A stretch of DNA of 64,000 nt from an uncultured Christensenella sp. (GTDB taxonomy: Bacteria > Bacillota > Clostridia > Christensenellales > Borkfalkiaceae). The notes below the pieces were generated by a model. That model made no database searches. It was not told the DNA's origin and saw only the letters and a program-made list of their open reading frames with translations. A program made the position numbers and the translations under genes. The DNA lies in assembly GCA_910586035.1 (NCBI GenBank), contig CAJUHT010000005.1:18818-82817 (forward strand), read 5' to 3'. Shown here piece after piece: positions 17,113 to 26,800 of the stretch; the first letter of the stretch is position 1; every line of letters begins with the position of its first letter.

Positions 17113-19542
17113 ATGAAAAATACAAAACTTATTAAAATAATTTCCTGCTTAGCCGCTACGGTTCTGCTCGGCGCTTCAACGCTGGCGGGCTGTAAAAAGG
17201 AGGAGCACGCCTACCGCTGGACGGTAGAAACCGAAGCTACTTGTTCTACGACAGGCAAGCGGAGGGGAGTTTGCGGAATTCACGCCGAGGTAAAGGAAGA
17301 GGTAATACCAATCGCTCCCGACAACCACGTTTACGGGGAATGGCAGGTGGAAAAGCCCACCGCGGACGCGGAGGGCTTGGCAACCAAGATTTGCACGCTC
17401 AATTCGGCGCACACGAGCCGTACGGTTCTGCCTAAAATAACGGAGGACGGCGCGGGCTATCTGTCGTCCGAAATAACCAAGCCTTCTACTTCGATTGCCG
17501 AGGGCGAGCGCACGTTTGTGTTCGAGCACGCCGACGGCAACGTGGAGTTTACCGTAACTTTGCCCAAGCGCGCGGTTGAAAACGTTGAGGACGCCGTGCT
17601 TCTCGGTTCTTCTCTCGGTCATTTGGTGCGTTCTGCAAGCGGCAGGTACAGCGACGCCAAGCACGCCAACGCCACGCCTTTCAGCTGTTACTACGGCGAC
17701 GATTACACCCGCGTTTTAGACGGCGGCAATTCGGAAGCGTATTGGTACACCAAGGACGACGAAGGGAAAACTTTCGGAATTTTCGCGCAGGCGCAAATAA
17801 ACAACGGCGAGCTGGGCGAGTTGAAGTCCGACCCGAAAGTAGTTGAAAATTCAACCGACGAAAACCTTCTCGGTTACGGATATTCTTCGGGCGTAAACAC
17901 CATACGCGGTTTCGGCGCGGAAGATACGCTTTTAAAGTACTATCAGGCTTACAGCTCCGCCAAGGCTAACGGCGAGGCGGTGTATCCCGAGGAAAATCTT
18001 ATAAAAGTGCTTGAAACGGGCGAGTACCGCGGCACTTTCTCTTACAGCCACGCGGAAACGCCCCACTTTGCGCGTTACACAATAGAGTTCGAGCTGTATC
18101 CCACGGGCGTTATCAAAACTTTGAAAGTAAACACAATGTTTATCCGTACCTTCCTTATAGAGGTTGACGCCAACGGCAACCAGCTGTTCTATAAGGACGG
18201 ACCCAAGAAGGGCGACATTGTATACGCCGAAGAATACGAATTGTCCGACGGCGCCAACCTGTACGAAAAGGACGGCGAAGGCAACATAATTTACAGCGGC
18301 GTTAAAACCGATTGCGACGGCAACGTGCTTCTCGATAAGGACGGCAAAGAAATTCCCAGACCCAAGCCCTTGGGGCGCGACACGAGGAAGTACTATTCCG
18401 ACGCGCACGAGTTTGTCGTAAACAGGGTTTTGCAGTATGACGAGCCCGTGTTAAAGACGGAAAACGACGTCGTTCCCGAAAGCCCCTTTACCAGCGAAGA
18501 TTTGTATATAAAATCTTTCAACGTAACTTACGGCGGAAAGGTTGTGGGGGAGGAGCGTGTATCCGTTCCCTCCAAAACCAAAGTAGACTTCGGCATAGCC
18601 GATATATTACCCACCACGGCGGGGCTCGATTACGACCCTATTATCCCTTATATCAGCACGCCTACGGGCGAAAAGCAGCTGACAATACACGAAAGCGACA
18701 ACTCTTTCAGTATGACGGGCTACTTCGATAAGGAGAAAAAGATAGTTTCAATCGTATCCAAGTATGCGGGCGAGGTTACGCTGGTTTTCAGGACTAAGGG
18801 CGGCAAAGTTGTAAAGAACGTAAATCTTACGGTAGAAAAGAGCGCGCCCACCACGATAAGCGCGGAGGTCTACGCCTATACCGACGCGGACGGAACGGAA
18901 AGGCATATCTGGACGCAGTACACGTCCGAAAGCGCGCCCGTAACCGTATATGCGGGGCAAAAGCTGTATATCCGCGCGAAAGCTTCTCCCGAGGAAGAGC
19001 TTTACTGCGACACAAGCTTTAAAGCTTCGGTAGGCACGTCTGCGGCGGATAAGGTATCGTTTACCAATTACGTGGAATTCGACGGCGGCAAAGTAAGTGA
19101 AATGGTTGCAAACACCGCGGGCGAGTACAGCGTATGGCTCGAATACGATAAGGCGGGCGACGTGTACACCTCTTTCAAGGTAAAAGTGCTCGACGTGCCC
19201 GATATGCGCGAACATTTAGACGGGCTGTATACTACAAGGTTGCAGTACTTCGGCGAAGACTCCCTGCCCGCCGACCTGAACGTAACTTTCAACAAGAGCG
19301 GGAGCGATTGGCGCCTCGGAACGATTACCGCGGAAGTAGACGGCAACACCGCAACCTATAAATACGTGTTTGACAGGGATACGGGCAAGCTTACTACCAC
19401 GTTTGTAAGCGGCATACACGGCGCAACCGCCGACTTCGAATTTTCCATTAACGAAATGTACAAGTTGACCGTTACGCACTCCACGGGCTTCGGCGACAAT
19501 AAGGAAACGGTTGTTCTTGCCCGTCCCAAAACGGCGGAGTAA
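17113..19542 (+). CDS. Lipoprotein of unknown function with N-terminal Cys-pair module
   Basis: The frame opens at 16828. SD AAGGTGAAG plus ATG 17113 gives a classical signal, MKNTKLIKIISCLAATVLLGASTLAG|C. 809 aa. Contains ATCSTTGKRRGVCG...ATKIC. The remainder is unassigned. Confidence 0.7.
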   Translation: MKNTKLIKIISCLAATVLLGASTLAGCKKEEHAYRWTVETEATCSTTGKRRGVCGIHAEVKEEVIPIAPDNHVYGEWQVEKPTADAEGLATKICTLNSAHTSRTVLPKITEDGAGYLSSEITKPSTSIAEGERTFVFEHADGNVEFTVTLPKRAVENVEDAVLLGSSLGHLVRSASGRYSDAKHANATPFSCYYGDDYTRVLDGGNSEAYWYTKDDEGKTFGIFAQAQINNGELGELKSDPKVVENSTDENLLGYGYSSGVNTIRGFGAEDTLLKYYQAYSSAKANGEAVYPEENLIKVLETGEYRGTFSYSHAETPHFARYTIEFELYPTGVIKTLKVNTMFIRTFLIEVDANGNQLFYKDGPKKGDIVYAEEYELSDGANLYEKDGEGNIIYSGVKTDCDGNVLLDKDGKEIPRPKPLGRDTRKYYSDAHEFVVNRVLQYDEPVLKTENDVVPESPFTSEDLYIKSFNVTYGGKVVGEERVSVPSKTKVDFGIADILPTTAGLDYDPIIPYISTPTGEKQLTIHESDNSFSMTGYFDKEKKIVSIVSKYAGEVTLVFRTKGGKVVKNVNLTVEKSAPTTISAEVYAYTDADGTERHIWTQYTSESAPVTVYAGQKLYIRAKASPEEELYCDTSFKASVGTSAADKVSFTNYVEFDGGKVSEMVANTAGEYSVWLEYDKAGDVYTSFKVKVLDVPDMREHLDGLYTTRLQYFGEDSLPADLNVTFNKSGSDWRLGTITAEVDGNTATYKYVFDRDTGKLTTTFVSGIHGATADFEFSINEMYKLTVTHSTGFGDNKETVVLARPKTAE

Positions 19543-19573
19543 CAAGCGGCTACAACTTAAAAGACAAAAATTA

Positions 19574-19615
19574 CAACCCCCTTGCGGTAAGTCAACGCAA
19601 GGGGGTTGCCGTTTT
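19574..19615 (+). terminator. Rho-independent terminator closing the MoxR/VWA/lipoprotein operon
   Basis: A 13-bp stem, CAACCCCCTTGCG (19574-19586) / CGCAAGGGGGTTG (19596-19608), with a 9-nt loop, then CCGTTTT. Confidence 0.8.
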
Positions 19616-19685
19616 GCTATAAGCGATACTTAACTATGGTATAAGAAAACGCACTATTTAATACAAGTAAAATTACATAAAACAC

Positions 19686-19714
19686 TTGCCAAAATGAATT
19701 TTCGGTGATAAAAT
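19686..19714 (+). promoter_or_regulatory. Extended -10 promoter of the 1213-aa lipoprotein gene
   Basis: TTGCCA (19686-19691), 17 nt, TG-a-TAAAAT (19706-19714). Confidence 0.55.
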
Positions 19715-19747
19715 ATAAATAAAATATGCGTATATAACAAAATATTC

Positions 19748-19759
19748 GCATAATTATGC
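19748..19759. promoter_or_regulatory. Perfect 12-nt palindrome GCATAATTATGC in the 5' UTR
   Basis: Read directly: GCATAATTATGC is its own reverse complement. It lies ~35 nt downstream of the -10. Confidence 0.4.
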
Positions 19760-19855
19760 AAAATATGGAAATATTTTTTCGGCGGAGCGTTGCCGTCGGC
19801 GGTGGGAAAACACCGCTAACAAGTACCGTTTTTCTGAAATTTAAGGAGATAAGCT

Positions 19856-22800
19856 ATGAATAAAAAGGCAAAAATTATGCTCGTGCTTCTGTCTGCGGCA
19901 ACTATGACCGCGGGCGTGCTGGGGCTTGCGGGCTGTAAGAAGAGCGGCAACACTAATGCAACTCCGAGCGTTGAGCAAACGTATCAGAGTTACGTGGCGT
20001 ACGCGCAGGCGAACAATTTAGAAGTGCTTTCCTACGACGAGTGGATACAGGCGATTCTGGGCGCGTCCAAACCCGGTCCCGCAGGACCTCAGGGCGAGGA
20101 CGGCGAAAAGGGCGAGCAGGGCGACCCCGGCGAGCCCGGCGCAACTATCGATAGAATAGTGTTAAGCCCCGACGGCAAGGAACTTATAATTTCCTATACC
20201 GACGGCAGGACGGAAGACCGCATTAAACTGCCCGAACAGGTAACGCACGTTCACACCTACGGCGGCGACGACGATATCGTTGTCCTTATCCCCAAGGGCG
20301 ATAAGGACGGTCTTGGCTATAAGGTGTGCCAGGATAAGGGTTGCGACCACGTCGAACTCGTCGTTTTGAAAAAATCGTTTGACGTAACCGTTAAAATGGA
20401 CGGCAACCCCGTGGAGGGTATCGACGTAGTAATAAACGGTCAAAGGGCAACCTCTAACTCCAAGGGCGTTGCAAGCGTAGTTGATTTCGGCGATTTCAAC
20501 GACTACATAATTTCAGTAGATACGCAGGGCTACGCCACCGACAGGGTTTACAGGACGGGCAACGCTTCCACTATGGAAATAGGCATTTGCAAAGTTTTGG
20601 ATTCTACCGTTGACGAGTACGGCAATAAGGTTGGCTTAGTCAACAGAGCCGATACGTTTTCTATGATAATAGGTACTGCCGACGGTTGGGGCGGTATAGA
20701 GATTAGTGAAAATACCGTTTACGTAAGGGGCGGAGAAACGCAAGCCAAAAAATACCGTATAACGCCTTCTTCCGATGCGGCGGAAATCAAAGACGCGAAT
20801 TACAACAACGTGCTTGTCGACGGTTCTTATACCGTAACCGTTCCCGCGGGCGGTTCCGTAGAAATAAAATTTACTGCAAATAGTATGAAGCTTGAACAGG
20901 CTCAACATCCAGCGGGCGACGATTTTGTATATAAAATTACGGTAGAGGAGTTGCCCAGCCCCGTTGAAGGCTCGGAAGATTTACCCCTTCTTTCGCCCTC
21001 TAACGAAGCAGTAACTCTTCCCGAGGGGGCTACCGATTGGGTGTACTATACCTGGAATAACCCCGACAGGTCGATAGGTGAAATCAGCTTCGAGCTTACG
21101 GGCGTAGACGTTGAGTTCTCTTTCAAGGAATACAAAAATTGGAAGGTTACGGATAAAGCGCCCATAGCGGTAAGCGAGGGGCAGAGTTATAAACTTGTAG
21201 ACGGCTCGAACAACGTAAACGCGACAAAACCTTATTCGTTTAGGGTTAAAGCTCAAAGCGGCGCAACGGAAGCTTCGTTTAAAATAAATGCATTAACTCC
21301 TTTGGGAACGTTGTTGAATCCTCAGGTTGCTAAGCTTGGCGAACGCAATGCCTATGATTACGGTAGCAACCAAACGGACACCGCAAAGAAATGGTTTAAA
21401 TTTGACGTTCAGCAGGGCGAATATATCGTAGCGCTTGAAGGTTATGAGTATAGCATTTATAAAGGTAAACCGCAAAGCGAGAACGAAAGAGGTTTGTATT
21501 ATTCTCAGGAATCTAAGAGTTTGGTAAAACTTGACGCCGGTGAATATTATATTGCCGTTAATTCTCAAATGATAGATAATAACAGGGTGTGCGCGTTTAC
21601 CTTACGCAATTATAATGCGGCGGAGGACGAGGGTACAATCCTTTCCAAGCCCAAGGCAATAACCGTAGACCTGTCGGGCGGCAACGCAACTTTCGAAACG
21701 GCGTCGGTTGTAACGGGAACAACAACTTATTATACTTTCAACGCGCCTAATAACGGAACATTGAAAGTTTCGGCATCGGTTGCCGACGGCAATTTATCCG
21801 ATTATAATGTTTTCCTTAGTAATGCAAACGGGTCAATGACTACGCGAACCGAGGTAACTTATAAAAAGGATAATAAAATAATAGTTTCGGCAGTATCCTA
21901 TGCCGAAGGCGTAACTTCTTTCACCGTTAAACTCGAATGGACGGAAGAGAAGCCCGTCGACCCCCCCGTCGACCCCCCCGTCGACCCTGGAAATCCCGAT
22001 AATCCCGAGCCTCCCAAGCCCGTTGCAAAGGCACACGTTTTCACCGTTACCGACAGCAAGGGCGCGGCGGTTGCAGGCGTTAAGGTTTCGGTTGTTATCG
22101 ACGCGGAAACTAAGGTTGAAGGCACTACCGACGAAAACGGCAACGTAACGCTCAGCTTTATCCCCGGCGCATACAAGGTAAATCTTTCCGGCTACGACGC
22201 CGACGAATATCTGTACGAAGGGTTTACGACAAAGGCGAACAGCCAGACCTGCGCCGTAAAACTGCGCAACGATAAGGTTACCTACGCGTTTACCGTAAAG
22301 GTAAAGGAAGGCGCAAATCTTTTCGGCGCTACCGTAAAAATTATGAACGGCGAAACCGTCGTTGCGGAAAGTACCGATACGGATAACGACGGAATTGTAA
22401 ACGTAAGCGTATTCTTACCCTCGGCGGGCAGCTACAAGGCGGAAATAATTCTTGCCGAAGCGGACGCCGCTAAGTATACTCTCGGACCCAACGATATCTA
22501 CGAACTTCACGGAGGCAACAAGAACGACCCCAAATTTACGGTTGAATTTGTCGACGTAACCGAATACGTAATAAACGTTTCGGGCGCGTACGGAGTAAAT
22601 CTCGAAGGCATCACGGCTACGGTAACGTACGGCAAAAAGGTTGTCGGCGAGGCGACTGCAAATGCGGACGGAATCATCAAACTCAAAGTTTACGGCGCTA
22701 CGGCAAACGTAATTTCGTTCAGCAACCTGCCCGATGGCTACCTGCTCGCTTCGTTTAACGGCGCGGCAACCTCCGAAAGCTATACCGTAAAACTTATCAA

Positions 22801-23497
22801 GGCGGACAACGCCTCTACGGGTACCGCCAACAAAATGATGGTCGAGTACGACAATACGGGAGAAACGAGCAAGATTATCGTCGGCGACAACGCCATTACC
22901 AATACTGCGGCTTACAACTACTATCAATTTAAGGCTCCCACGTCGGGTACGTACAGTTTCAGGATAGAAGACCCCGCAAACAAGGGCTATATTAAGTCGC
23001 TTCAAGTGGGCGCCAATTGGGACGCGGTTTCGCTGATTGTCGACGGCAGGGAAGTTAAGATTGATTACAATCTTGTTCTCGGCAAAAACAGGGCGTATAA
23101 CAAGGCTTACGAGTTTACTTTGACCTTGGGTAGCGGAGCAAGGGTTATAGTCGGTTACGAAACGGATACGGGCGCCAAGGGCGACGCTCACTGGATAGTC
23201 GAAAAGCTGGTAGAAACTCCCGACCCCGTATCTCTTGCGGAGGGTGAAAACACCGTAACCCTTACAGACGGCTCGGCTTCGTGCGTATATAACTATTTGG
23301 AGGAAACGGTTCTTGCGTTCACCTGGACGGACGAAAGCGTTTCGGTAACGGTAAACGGCGCGGCTTACGTAAGCGGAACGGAGCTTACTTTTTACGGCGA
23401 CGAGCAGCTTGAAATTACCGTAAGTTCTTCAACTTCAACTTCGGTGGTGATAGTTGCTACGGTTACCGAGCTCGAAGGTCCCGGAGACAGAAACTGA
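19856..23497 (+). CDS. Giant surface lipoprotein: short collagen-like segment + repeated prealbumin-fold (CarboxypepD_reg-like) and PPC-like modules
   Basis: 1213 aa. SD AAGGAG. Lipobox LGLAG|C. Eight G-X-Y triplets GPAGPQGEDGEKGEQGDPGEPGAT (nt 20075-20146). Four repeats of the type FTVTDSKGAAVAGVKVSVV...TDENGNVTLSFIPGAYKV. PPC-like strands YYTFNAPNNGTLKV and YYQFKAPTSGTYSF. PVDPPVDPPVDP stalk. Confidence 0.7.
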   Translation: MNKKAKIMLVLLSAATMTAGVLGLAGCKKSGNTNATPSVEQTYQSYVAYAQANNLEVLSYDEWIQAILGASKPGPAGPQGEDGEKGEQGDPGEPGATIDRIVLSPDGKELIISYTDGRTEDRIKLPEQVTHVHTYGGDDDIVVLIPKGDKDGLGYKVCQDKGCDHVELVVLKKSFDVTVKMDGNPVEGIDVVINGQRATSNSKGVASVVDFGDFNDYIISVDTQGYATDRVYRTGNASTMEIGICKVLDSTVDEYGNKVGLVNRADTFSMIIGTADGWGGIEISENTVYVRGGETQAKKYRITPSSDAAEIKDANYNNVLVDGSYTVTVPAGGSVEIKFTANSMKLEQAQHPAGDDFVYKITVEELPSPVEGSEDLPLLSPSNEAVTLPEGATDWVYYTWNNPDRSIGEISFELTGVDVEFSFKEYKNWKVTDKAPIAVSEGQSYKLVDGSNNVNATKPYSFRVKAQSGATEASFKINALTPLGTLLNPQVAKLGERNAYDYGSNQTDTAKKWFKFDVQQGEYIVALEGYEYSIYKGKPQSENERGLYYSQESKSLVKLDAGEYYIAVNSQMIDNNRVCAFTLRNYNAAEDEGTILSKPKAITVDLSGGNATFETASVVTGTTTYYTFNAPNNGTLKVSASVADGNLSDYNVFLSNANGSMTTRTEVTYKKDNKIIVSAVSYAEGVTSFTVKLEWTEEKPVDPPVDPPVDPGNPDNPEPPKPVAKAHVFTVTDSKGAAVAGVKVSVVIDAETKVEGTTDENGNVTLSFIPGAYKVNLSGYDADEYLYEGFTTKANSQTCAVKLRNDKVTYAFTVKVKEGANLFGATVKIMNGETVVAESTDTDNDGIVNVSVFLPSAGSYKAEIILAEADAAKYTLGPNDIYELHGGNKNDPKFTVEFVDVTEYVINVSGAYGVNLEGITATVTYGKKVVGEATANADGIIKLKVYGATANVISFSNLPDGYLLASFNGAATSESYTVKLIKADNASTGTANKMMVEYDNTGETSKIIVGDNAITNTAAYNYYQFKAPTSGTYSFRIEDPANKGYIKSLQVGANWDAVSLIVDGREVKIDYNLVLGKNRAYNKAYEFTLTLGSGARVIVGYETDTGAKGDAHWIVEKLVETPDPVSLAEGENTVTLTDGSASCVYNYLEETVLAFTWTDESVSVTVNGAAYVSGTELTFYGDEQLEITVSSSTSTSVVIVATVTELEGPGDRN
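21953..21988 (+). repeat. Three tandem 12-nt units CCCGTCGACCCC (coding PVDP x3)
   Basis: Units at 21953-21964, 21965-21976 and 21977-21988 (the last base differs). Each contains a GTCGAC site. All lie inside the 1213-aa lipoprotein gene. Confidence 0.9.
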
Positions 23498-23522
23498 AAT
23501 TAAATAAGACGTAAAAAAGCAA

Positions 23523-23554
23523 GGGGCGCGCCTTTCGGGCGCGCCCCCGTTTTT
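23523..23554 (+). terminator. Rho-independent terminator of the 1213-aa lipoprotein gene
   Basis: A 10-bp GC stem, GGGGCGCGCC (23523-23532) / GGCGCGCCCC (23538-23547), then CG and TTTTT (23550-23554). Confidence 0.85.
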
Positions 23555-23740
23555 GCGCTTTAAACGGCGGCGGTTTACCGCCCTGCGGCGGGTTAAAGCC
23601 GCGGCGCCGAAAGCGGTTGACGATTGATATTTATGCGTTTATACGTTTAAATATTGCATAAAATAGTTAGGTAAGCGGTTGTAAACGCTGATATAAGTAA
23701 TTTTTATATAAAATTATTGTCGTAAAAGGGCTATAATATT

Positions 23741-23769
23741 TTGCATTATGCCAAGGGATATGATAATAT
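23741..23769 (+). promoter_or_regulatory. Extended -10 promoter of the GLUG-lipoprotein / protease / Opp unit
   Basis: TTGCAT (23741-23746), 17 nt, TG-a-TAATAT (23761-23769). Confidence 0.5.
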
Positions 23770-23885
23770 AGAAGAGAATGAAAAAATAGGGTTATAGTCC
23801 GCAAAAGCCCGTCTGACGACGGTTATGGACTATTACGGCGCTTAAAATACGTTAAAACTGCCAAAGGCAGTGCGGGGTATAAATT

Positions 23886-26800
23886 ATGAATAAATTCAAA
23901 AAAATCTTAATCGGTTTAATAACTGCGGCGGGCATATCCTGTCTGTGCGGGGCGGCTGCCTGCACGGGCGGGTCCGCGCCCAAGTTCTATGAGTTGAAGT
24001 TCGAGGGTAAAGGGCTTGACTACATTATGCTCGGCACGCTTGCGGAAACCGACGAAGATGGCAACCAGTTTATCAGCGGCGGTACGGTTAAAGACGGCGT
24101 GGAAGTGCGTTTCAGCATAACCCTTGCCGCCAACTCCACGGGCGCGCCCGTCATATCCGCAAACGGGGAAACGCTTACGCCCGACGAAAACAACGAGTAT
24201 TCGTTTATTATGAAAAGCGATACAGTCGTTTCTGTCAGCGGTCTGGGCAGTATTTACGATTTAAAGCTTTGCCGCACCGAACAGGTACCCGACGCCAACG
24301 GCAACAATTATGAGGAAGAGCGTTGGATAAGCTATCTCGACGAAAACGGCAACGGCTTCGGCTCGGACGTGCTTGTCGAGGACGTGGTTAAAGTGGAGAG
24401 CGGCACGCCCTTCAAATTCAAACTGCAAGTTAGCCCCTATTATACTCCCCAATACACGGTAAGTTGCGGCTTCGACGTTCTCGAACCTGACGCGAACGGC
24501 GTATACACTATAAACAATTTAACCCAGAACAGCGAAGTAAGGGTTACGGGACTCGAACAGGCGCCCTCATTCGTTACGGGGCGCAAGGATTGCGGAAGCG
24601 GCACGGCGAGCGACCCGTACCTTCTTTCCCAGCCTATCGATATGTTCTACTTCGCCGTTTTAATCAATTCGCCTACTTTAAGCTCATACTACGCTACGGC
24701 GCATTACAAGCTTGTCGAGGATATCGATATGCAGGGCGAGCATCTGTACGTAATCGGCGACGGCTCCAACGACGCAATGTTCTGCGGCACGTTCGACGGC
24801 AACAATAAGACTATAAGAAATTTCTACATTACCGACGAGGTTGTCGACCAGGAGAGCTACGAGGAAGCTTATCTTCCTTACGTAGGGCTTTTCGGACAGG
24901 CTGTGGCTACCGTTAACGCTCCCGTAGTAATCAAAAACCTCACGTTGGAGGACTACGTTGTAAAGGCGCACCCCGGCGCGGCGGGCGCGGGCGCATACGT
25001 CGGCTCGCTTGTCGGCTACGGCATAGGCGTGCAAATCACGGGTTGCAGGGCGGTCGGCGAAGTGGTGGTAACCAACGACGACAACCAAATTGTAAATATG
25101 GGCGGTCTTGTCGGCAGAATGCAGGCGGCTTACCGCGCCGATTCGAGGGCGACAATCACCTGGGACGCGTTCGTAACGGCAAGTTCCACCGACGTAGAGC
25201 TTTCGGGCAACGGCACTCCCCACTCGGCGGGCGGCATAGTCGGATATCTTTCGGCGGCTGACATAAGCGCGATTGCATACGTTTCCAACAGCTGTTCCTC
25301 GGGCAGAACCTCGGGCGCGATGCGCACGGGCGGCATAGTCGGCACTATGGGCAGATTTGCTTCCGTAAGCAACTGCTATTCCGTTTCGCAGGTCAGCTCA
25401 AATAACTCCATAAATATTCCCAACCTTACCGAGCAATTCAAGGGCTCGTATGCGGGCGGCATAGTCGGCTACGCGGAAGAGGACACCGTAATTGCGGGTT
25501 GTTACGCGGCAAACGCTTCGCTTACGGCGTACTGCGTGCGCAACGATGAAAGGTATAAAAAGACGGGCGATTTCGCCGCTTACTACGATAAGGCGGGCAC
25601 GTCCTCGATTGAATCCTCCGCCGTACTGCTCATAAACAACTCGCAGGCGGTGGAAAACCACCCCAACGAAGTTTTCCTTGGACTCGGCTGGCAACAGAAC
25701 GAGTGGAACTTCGACGGCAAACTTCCCAGACCCGTGGTATCCTCGGCGGAGCGCACGGTTAAGGTAACTGTCAAAGACGGCGCAAAAACGGTTGAAACGG
25801 TTACTAAAAATATCGTTGACGCGCGCCCTTTCTACACCTGGTTTGAAGACGGGGTACTTTCCGAATATATAACGGCTTCGGGCAAGCGTTCGGGCGGATA
25901 CTTCTTTGACGAAGCTCTTACGCAGAGGGTGCCCTACGGCTATATCTTAACCAATTCGGAAGTTACCTTATACGTCGGCTTTGCCGATTACGGCGAAGTT
26001 GAAGGCACTTACTATATCCGTCCCACCGAATACTCCAAGGGCGCGTATATCGAGCTGACGGCGGATGGAACGGCAAAACTGCGCAACGGCGGTATGTACT
26101 TCGAGTGCGTATACGCTTACGACGGAGAAAAAATCACCCTTTACAATACCAATCTCGTTTCCCTGCTTCACGATACCGAAGCGGTGGACGGAAGATATTT
26201 CAACCTTGTGGGAACAATCAATGACGGGCTGTTCGAAATAAACGGCATAGCTATGCTTTTGCAGGTGGACGGAGAAAACGCTTCCTATGTAAATACAAAA
26301 ATAGAGCTTGCCGCGTCCAAAGAAATCGAAGGCTTCGGCTACGGCGAGTACCGCGCGGCTAACGGTATGACGTATATGTTCGATAAGGACGGTACGGGCT
26401 GGTTTAAGACGGGAACGAGGACTACTGAGTTTACCTATAAACAGGCGGGCGAAAGCTGGGCTATCGCTCCCGCGGGCGGCGGTACCATTCCTATGACGGT
26501 AGTCGGCGGGCAGGTAACGGCAATAAGCGGCACGGCGGTTACGTTAAAGGACGGCTTTACAGGCGTTTGGAGCAAGTCCGCCAACTCACAGGTAACTTTC
26601 TCGTTCGACGGACTCGGCGGCGTTACCTACGTAAACGGCGGCGCTACCGTTACGGGCACGTATCAGGTAACCGACGGCGAGGCGGAAATTTCCGTTGACG
26701 GCAAAACGTTAAAGGCGGCGTTCTCCAACGGAACGCTCGTTATAGACGGCGAAGTTTATTACGTAAACGACGGCTTTACGGGCGAATGGTATATGAGCGC

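Noticed and set aside
21953-21988. I checked whether this tandem repeat, or the G/N-rich repeats at ~4260-4400, could be a CRISPR or other non-coding array.
   Set aside because: The units are 12 nt and contiguous, with no spacers. They lie in frame inside long ORFs and encode proline or glycine stalks, so they are not CRISPR-like.
23757-23769. Fur-box-like GATATGATAATAT upstream of the GLUG lipoprotein gene.
   Set aside because: It coincides exactly with the extended -10 element (TGaTAATAT). There is only one hexamer-like unit and no 19-bp dyad.
23776-23885. Possible riboswitch or structured leader in the 5' UTRs of the 23886 gene (ATAGTCC...GGACTAT, CTGCC-AAA-GGCAG) and of the 47273 gene (47187-47272).
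   Set aside because: Stems can be drawn, but I recognise no conserved core of any known riboswitch class. Without covariation data this is not reportable as a feature.
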